A stretch of 64,000 nt of DNA from an uncultured delta proteobacterium (GTDB lineage Bacteria; Desulfobacterota; Syntrophobacteria; Syntrophobacterales; Syntrophobacteraceae): contig CAWEHK010000050.1 in the NCBI GenBank assembly GCA_963808625.1, positions 32,001 through 96,000 on the forward strand, written 5' to 3'. Numbering within the stretch: position 1 is the first letter of the stretch; every line of letters begins with the position of its first letter. This document shows, one piece after another, positions 60,650 to 64,000 of this stretch. Both the position numbers and the translations under genes were made by a program. The notes below the pieces were generated by a model. The model searched no databases, was not told the DNA's origin, and saw only the letters and a program-made list of their open reading frames with translations.

Positions 60650-60862
60650 TTTCGGATGGTGGATGGCGGATTTCGGATTCGGATTTCGGATTTCGGATGG
60701 TGGATGGTGGATGGTGGATGGCGGATTTCGGATTTCGGATGTCGGATTTCGGATGGTGGATGGCGGATGGCGGATTTCGGATTCGGATGGTGGATGGTGG
60801 ATGGCGGATGTCGGATTTCGGATGGTGGATTGCGGATGTCGGATTTCGGATGGCGGATGGCG
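60648..60862. repeat. Long mosaic tract of GGATTTC/GGATGGT/GGATGGC heptamers
   Basis: About 30 units starting at the gabT stop; same family at 63971-64000. Confidence 0.95.
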
Positions 60863-61113
60863 GAAGGAAGAGCAATGGGTCCTTCGAAATGGAAATTTCC
60901 CAGGCGTCAGGCCCTGGGGGTAAGGCGGGGAGGCATCTAGCGCACGGCGAGGGGCGTATCTGTTGAAAGAATAGGCCTCCCGACGCGGTCGTAACGGTTG
61001 CCGTTCGTTGTCGACCGTCGACAAAATTGGATATTGCGGATGCTGAGGGTAAAGGTAACTGACCTCACTCAGCACCCAGCACCCAGAACTCAGCACTCAG
61101 CACTGTTTTTCGA

Positions 61114-61434
61114 ATGACCGCTGCAACGAAAGCCGATTCGCTCACTTTTGAAAAGATCAAACAGGGGCTGGACCCGGCCCACAGTTATATGGTCTTTGAG
61201 CGGCTCACCGTGGAGAAAGCGGAAAGCGCTTTCCAGGAGGTTTTCAAGGCCCTCGCGCGCATGGATTTTGGCTTTTACGAACGGCAGGTGCTCCATGACC
61301 AAGCCAGGGGGCGCCTGCTCCTGGTGGTAAAATTCGGTCCTGGCCGGATTGACAGCATTATGCAGGAGTTTTTGAATATCGGGCTGCCGGAAGACATAAC
61401 TTTTTATGCGTATGGCAGCCACAGCGCTGGTTAG
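61114..61434 (+). CDS. Hypothetical protein
   Basis: 106-aa ORF co-oriented between gabT and the ABC binding protein. Confidence 0.65.
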   Translation: MTAATKADSLTFEKIKQGLDPAHSYMVFERLTVEKAESAFQEVFKALARMDFGFYERQVLHDQARGRLLLVVKFGPGRIDSIMQEFLNIGLPEDITFYAYGSHSAG

Positions 61435-61697
61435 GAATTGTCCAAAAATGAGACATCTTTTTACCACGAAGGACCCGAAGAGCACCGAAGAAGAGGAAGT
61501 AATTTCTTCGTGCTCTTCGGGTCCTTCGTGGTTTGAGAGAGGGTCCGGGTGAGAGCAAGTTGTTTTTGGACGAGCCTTTAGAGTTGCCCGGTGGGAGATG
61601 ATCTTTTTACAGTTCTCCGAGCTGTCCAGTAGGGCCGGGCGCGTTGGCTATGGGAAGAGCAGCATCAGGTATAACGTTATTTCAAGGGAGGAACCGT

Positions 61698-62957
61698 ATG
61701 AGGAAGGACCTGGCAATGGGAAAGAAGATTCTGGTATTGGCAGCAGTTTTCACGGTGCTGGGGATGCTGGGAAGCGCCCCGACATCCTTTGCGGCCGATA
61801 AGGTGGTCAAGGTGGGAAACATTGAACCCCTCTCCGGGCCGTCGGCATCGGTCGGTCAACAGGGCAAATGCGCTCGTGACCTGGCGGTGGAAGAGATCAA
61901 CGCCGCCGGCGGCATCAAGTCTCTCGGCGGCGCCAAAATCGAGATGATCTATGCCGATTCGGAATCCAAACCCGAGAAGGGCGTGGCCGAGGCCGAACGC
62001 CTGATCAACACCGAGAAGGTGAACGTTCTGACCGGCTGTTGGAACTCGGCGGTTACCTATCCCACCACCGCAGTGGCGGAACGCTACGGCATCCCCTTTG
62101 TCGTACCGGTGTCGGTGGCCGATAAGATCACTGAACAGGGCTTCAAAACCGTTTTCCGGATTGCAGCGAAGGATGGCTGGTGGACCCGCGACCAATTCGC
62201 CTTCTTGAAAGACATGGCGAAAGAGACCAATACCAAGCTGGAAACGGTCGCCTTCGTATATGAGAACGGCGACTGGGGAAAAGGTTTTGCCGAACAATGG
62301 AAGAAGCTGGCCGAGAAGGAAGGCTTCAAGGTTGTCCTGGATGAGCCCTACCCCTCCACCGCAACCGATCTCAGCCCGGTGGTGCAGAAAATCAAGCGCG
62401 CCAACCCGGACGTCCTGCTCCTGGTATCCAATGCCGCCGATGCCATTCTCCTGACCAACACCCTCGCCGAATACAAGGTTAGACCGAAGGCGATCGTCGG
62501 CAGTGGCGGCGGTCATGCCGATCCATCCTTTCTGAAGGCAGCCGGGAAGAATGCCCAGTATGTCTTTGACATCGTGGAATGGGAAACCGATGTCGGCAAG
62601 CCCATGGTCCCGGCATTCAACGAGAAATTCAAGGCCAAGTGTGGTTACAACCCCGCTGGCGAGTCGGTGGATGCTTACGTTGCCATGTATGTGCTGGCCG
62701 ATGCTCTTGAACGTGCCGCATCGCTCGATCCCAAAGCAATTCGCGACGCCCTGGCAGCAACCAAACTGAGCAGCGGACCGGCGATGGTTGCATCCTACGA
62801 TGCCATCGAGTTTGATGAGACCGGGCAGAACAAGAACGCCGCTCTGTGCATCGTGCAGATCAACGATATGGGAAAAGGGCTGGAGCGCCTCACCGTGTGG
62901 CCAAAGAGCGCGCGCCATGCCGGTTACACGCCGGTTTTTCCGGCGCCGCAGCAATAG
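61698..62957 (+). CDS. HAAT (Liv-type) ABC substrate-binding protein
   Basis: Signal peptide, VKVG.I.PLSG, EEINAAGGIKSLGGAK, AERLI, ADALERA; GGGAGG RBS. Confidence 0.92.
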   Translation: MRKDLAMGKKILVLAAVFTVLGMLGSAPTSFAADKVVKVGNIEPLSGPSASVGQQGKCARDLAVEEINAAGGIKSLGGAKIEMIYADSESKPEKGVAEAERLINTEKVNVLTGCWNSAVTYPTTAVAERYGIPFVVPVSVADKITEQGFKTVFRIAAKDGWWTRDQFAFLKDMAKETNTKLETVAFVYENGDWGKGFAEQWKKLAEKEGFKVVLDEPYPSTATDLSPVVQKIKRANPDVLLLVSNAADAILLTNTLAEYKVRPKAIVGSGGGHADPSFLKAAGKNAQYVFDIVEWETDVGKPMVPAFNEKFKAKCGYNPAGESVDAYVAMYVLADALERAASLDPKAIRDALAATKLSSGPAMVASYDAIEFDETGQNKNAALCIVQINDMGKGLERLTVWPKSARHAGYTPVFPAPQQ

Positions 62958-63077
62958 TGGTTAGTGGTTAGTGGCTAGTGGTTAGTGGTTAAGGACTAGT
63001 TCCGGCGAGGGGGGCGCTCACACCTGCTGTGACGCTCCCCCAGCAACGCTTCAGTCTGCGGCCGTTCGGAGACGTTT

Positions 63078-63965
63078 ATGCTCTATGTTCTCGAAGACGC
63101 AATCAATGGCATCCTCATCGGATCGATCTACGGTTTGACCGCCATGGGGCTTACCGTGATCTTTGGCGTGCTTAAGGTCATCAATTTTGCCCACGGTTCG
63201 ATGCTCATGGTTGGCATGTACGCAGCCTACTGGGCCGTGACGTTGACCGGCATCCATCCCTATCTCGCTCTGATCATTGTGGCCCCGGTGATGTACCTGT
63301 TCGGCTATTATCTCCAGGACATCATCATCAAACCCATATTCAAAGCCGAAAAGGACGTTCGTGAACCGATCACGGTGATCATTGTCACCACCGGTGTCTG
63401 GTACGTCCTCGACAACCTGTCGTTGCTCATCTTTGGGCCCCAGTACCGCAGCCTTCAGGACAATCCCCTGCGCGGCAAAATGTTTGAATTTGGGGGAATG
63501 ATGCTTTCCGTGCCAAAATTCTGGGGATTCGTGATCGCCCTGGTCACGGCCGCCGGCGTCTACTGGTTTTTTCAGAAAACCCGCATGGGCCGGGCGATCC
63601 GTGCCACCAGCCTGGATCGGGAATCGGCCAGCCTGATGGGCATCAACCAGTATCGCATCTATAACGTTGCTTTTGGTATCGGCGCCGCCATCTCCGGCAT
63701 CGCCGGCGCGGTCCTCGTGCCGTTCAACAATGTCTATCCCAGCGTCGGTGTGCTTTTTGATATCAAGGGTTTCATCATTGTCGTCCTGGGCGGGCTTGGC
63801 AGCCTCTGGGGGGCCCTCCTGGGCGGCATCATCGTCGGTATGATCGAATCGGTCGGCCCTCAGTTCATGGCAGCCACGTGGACCGAGGCCATTGTCTATG
63901 CGCTCTTCCTGGTGGTCCTTTTCGTCAAGCCGTCAGGACTGTTCGGTGAGAAGTATGACTGGTAG
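63078..63965 (+). CDS. HAAT ABC permease, LivH-like
   Basis: GLTVIFGV..VINFAHG, GRAIRA, IVVLGGLGS, KPSGLFG. Confidence 0.93.
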   Translation: MLYVLEDAINGILIGSIYGLTAMGLTVIFGVLKVINFAHGSMLMVGMYAAYWAVTLTGIHPYLALIIVAPVMYLFGYYLQDIIIKPIFKAEKDVREPITVIIVTTGVWYVLDNLSLLIFGPQYRSLQDNPLRGKMFEFGGMMLSVPKFWGFVIALVTAAGVYWFFQKTRMGRAIRATSLDRESASLMGINQYRIYNVAFGIGAAISGIAGAVLVPFNNVYPSVGVLFDIKGFIIVVLGGLGSLWGALLGGIIVGMIESVGPQFMAATWTEAIVYALFLVVLFVKPSGLFGEKYDW

Positions 63966-64000
63966 AGTGAAGGATTTCGGATTTCGGATTTCGGATTTCG

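Noticed and set aside
60648..60862. Possible CRISPR array in the repeat-rich stretches
   Set aside because: Units are contiguous 7-mers or 9-mers without unique spacers; no cas genes in the window.
60615..61096. Low-complexity ORFs (IRNPKS/DFGFR repeats) and similar ones at 36328-36853, 32837-33229 and 43013-43586
   Set aside because: They are translations of heptamer tracts that lack stops in several frames; no RBS or domain support.

Overview
This is a GC-rich bacterial chromosomal window. Gene content suggests an anaerobic Desulfobacterota (deltaproteobacterial), Syntrophobacter-like organism; this is inference from pyruvate carboxylase, an acyl-CoA carboxyltransferase, SelB, Ior and sigma54 systems. 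Core content includes two tRNAs (Trp, His), selB, dnaE, holC, a DegP protease, an ECF Ni/Co transporter, a cobalamin-riboswitch-controlled CbiK, iorAB, a Liv-type ABC transporter with a PaaK-like ligase, and two toxin-antitoxin pairs. At least 14 genes are split by single-base indels, most likely sequence-consensus errors. Four things stand out. (1) A DUF4062-like/nSTAND1/TM/FGE-lectin NLR-like gene whose last ~115 nt have the codon pattern of a DGR variable region, followed by a perfect 29-bp hairpin; no RT or template repeat is in the window. (2) A PxpABC-like, biotin carboxylase, BCCP, sigma54 activator, GABA-type aminotransferase and ABC transporter locus that could encode lactam to omega-amino-acid catabolism. 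(3) About 12 heptamer tandem tracts that mostly follow a strand/position polarity and twice bracket a gene as inverted arms. (4) A 2.3-kb island bounded by a duplicated gene 3' end with attC-like sites, plus several MITE-like shells carrying REP hairpins.
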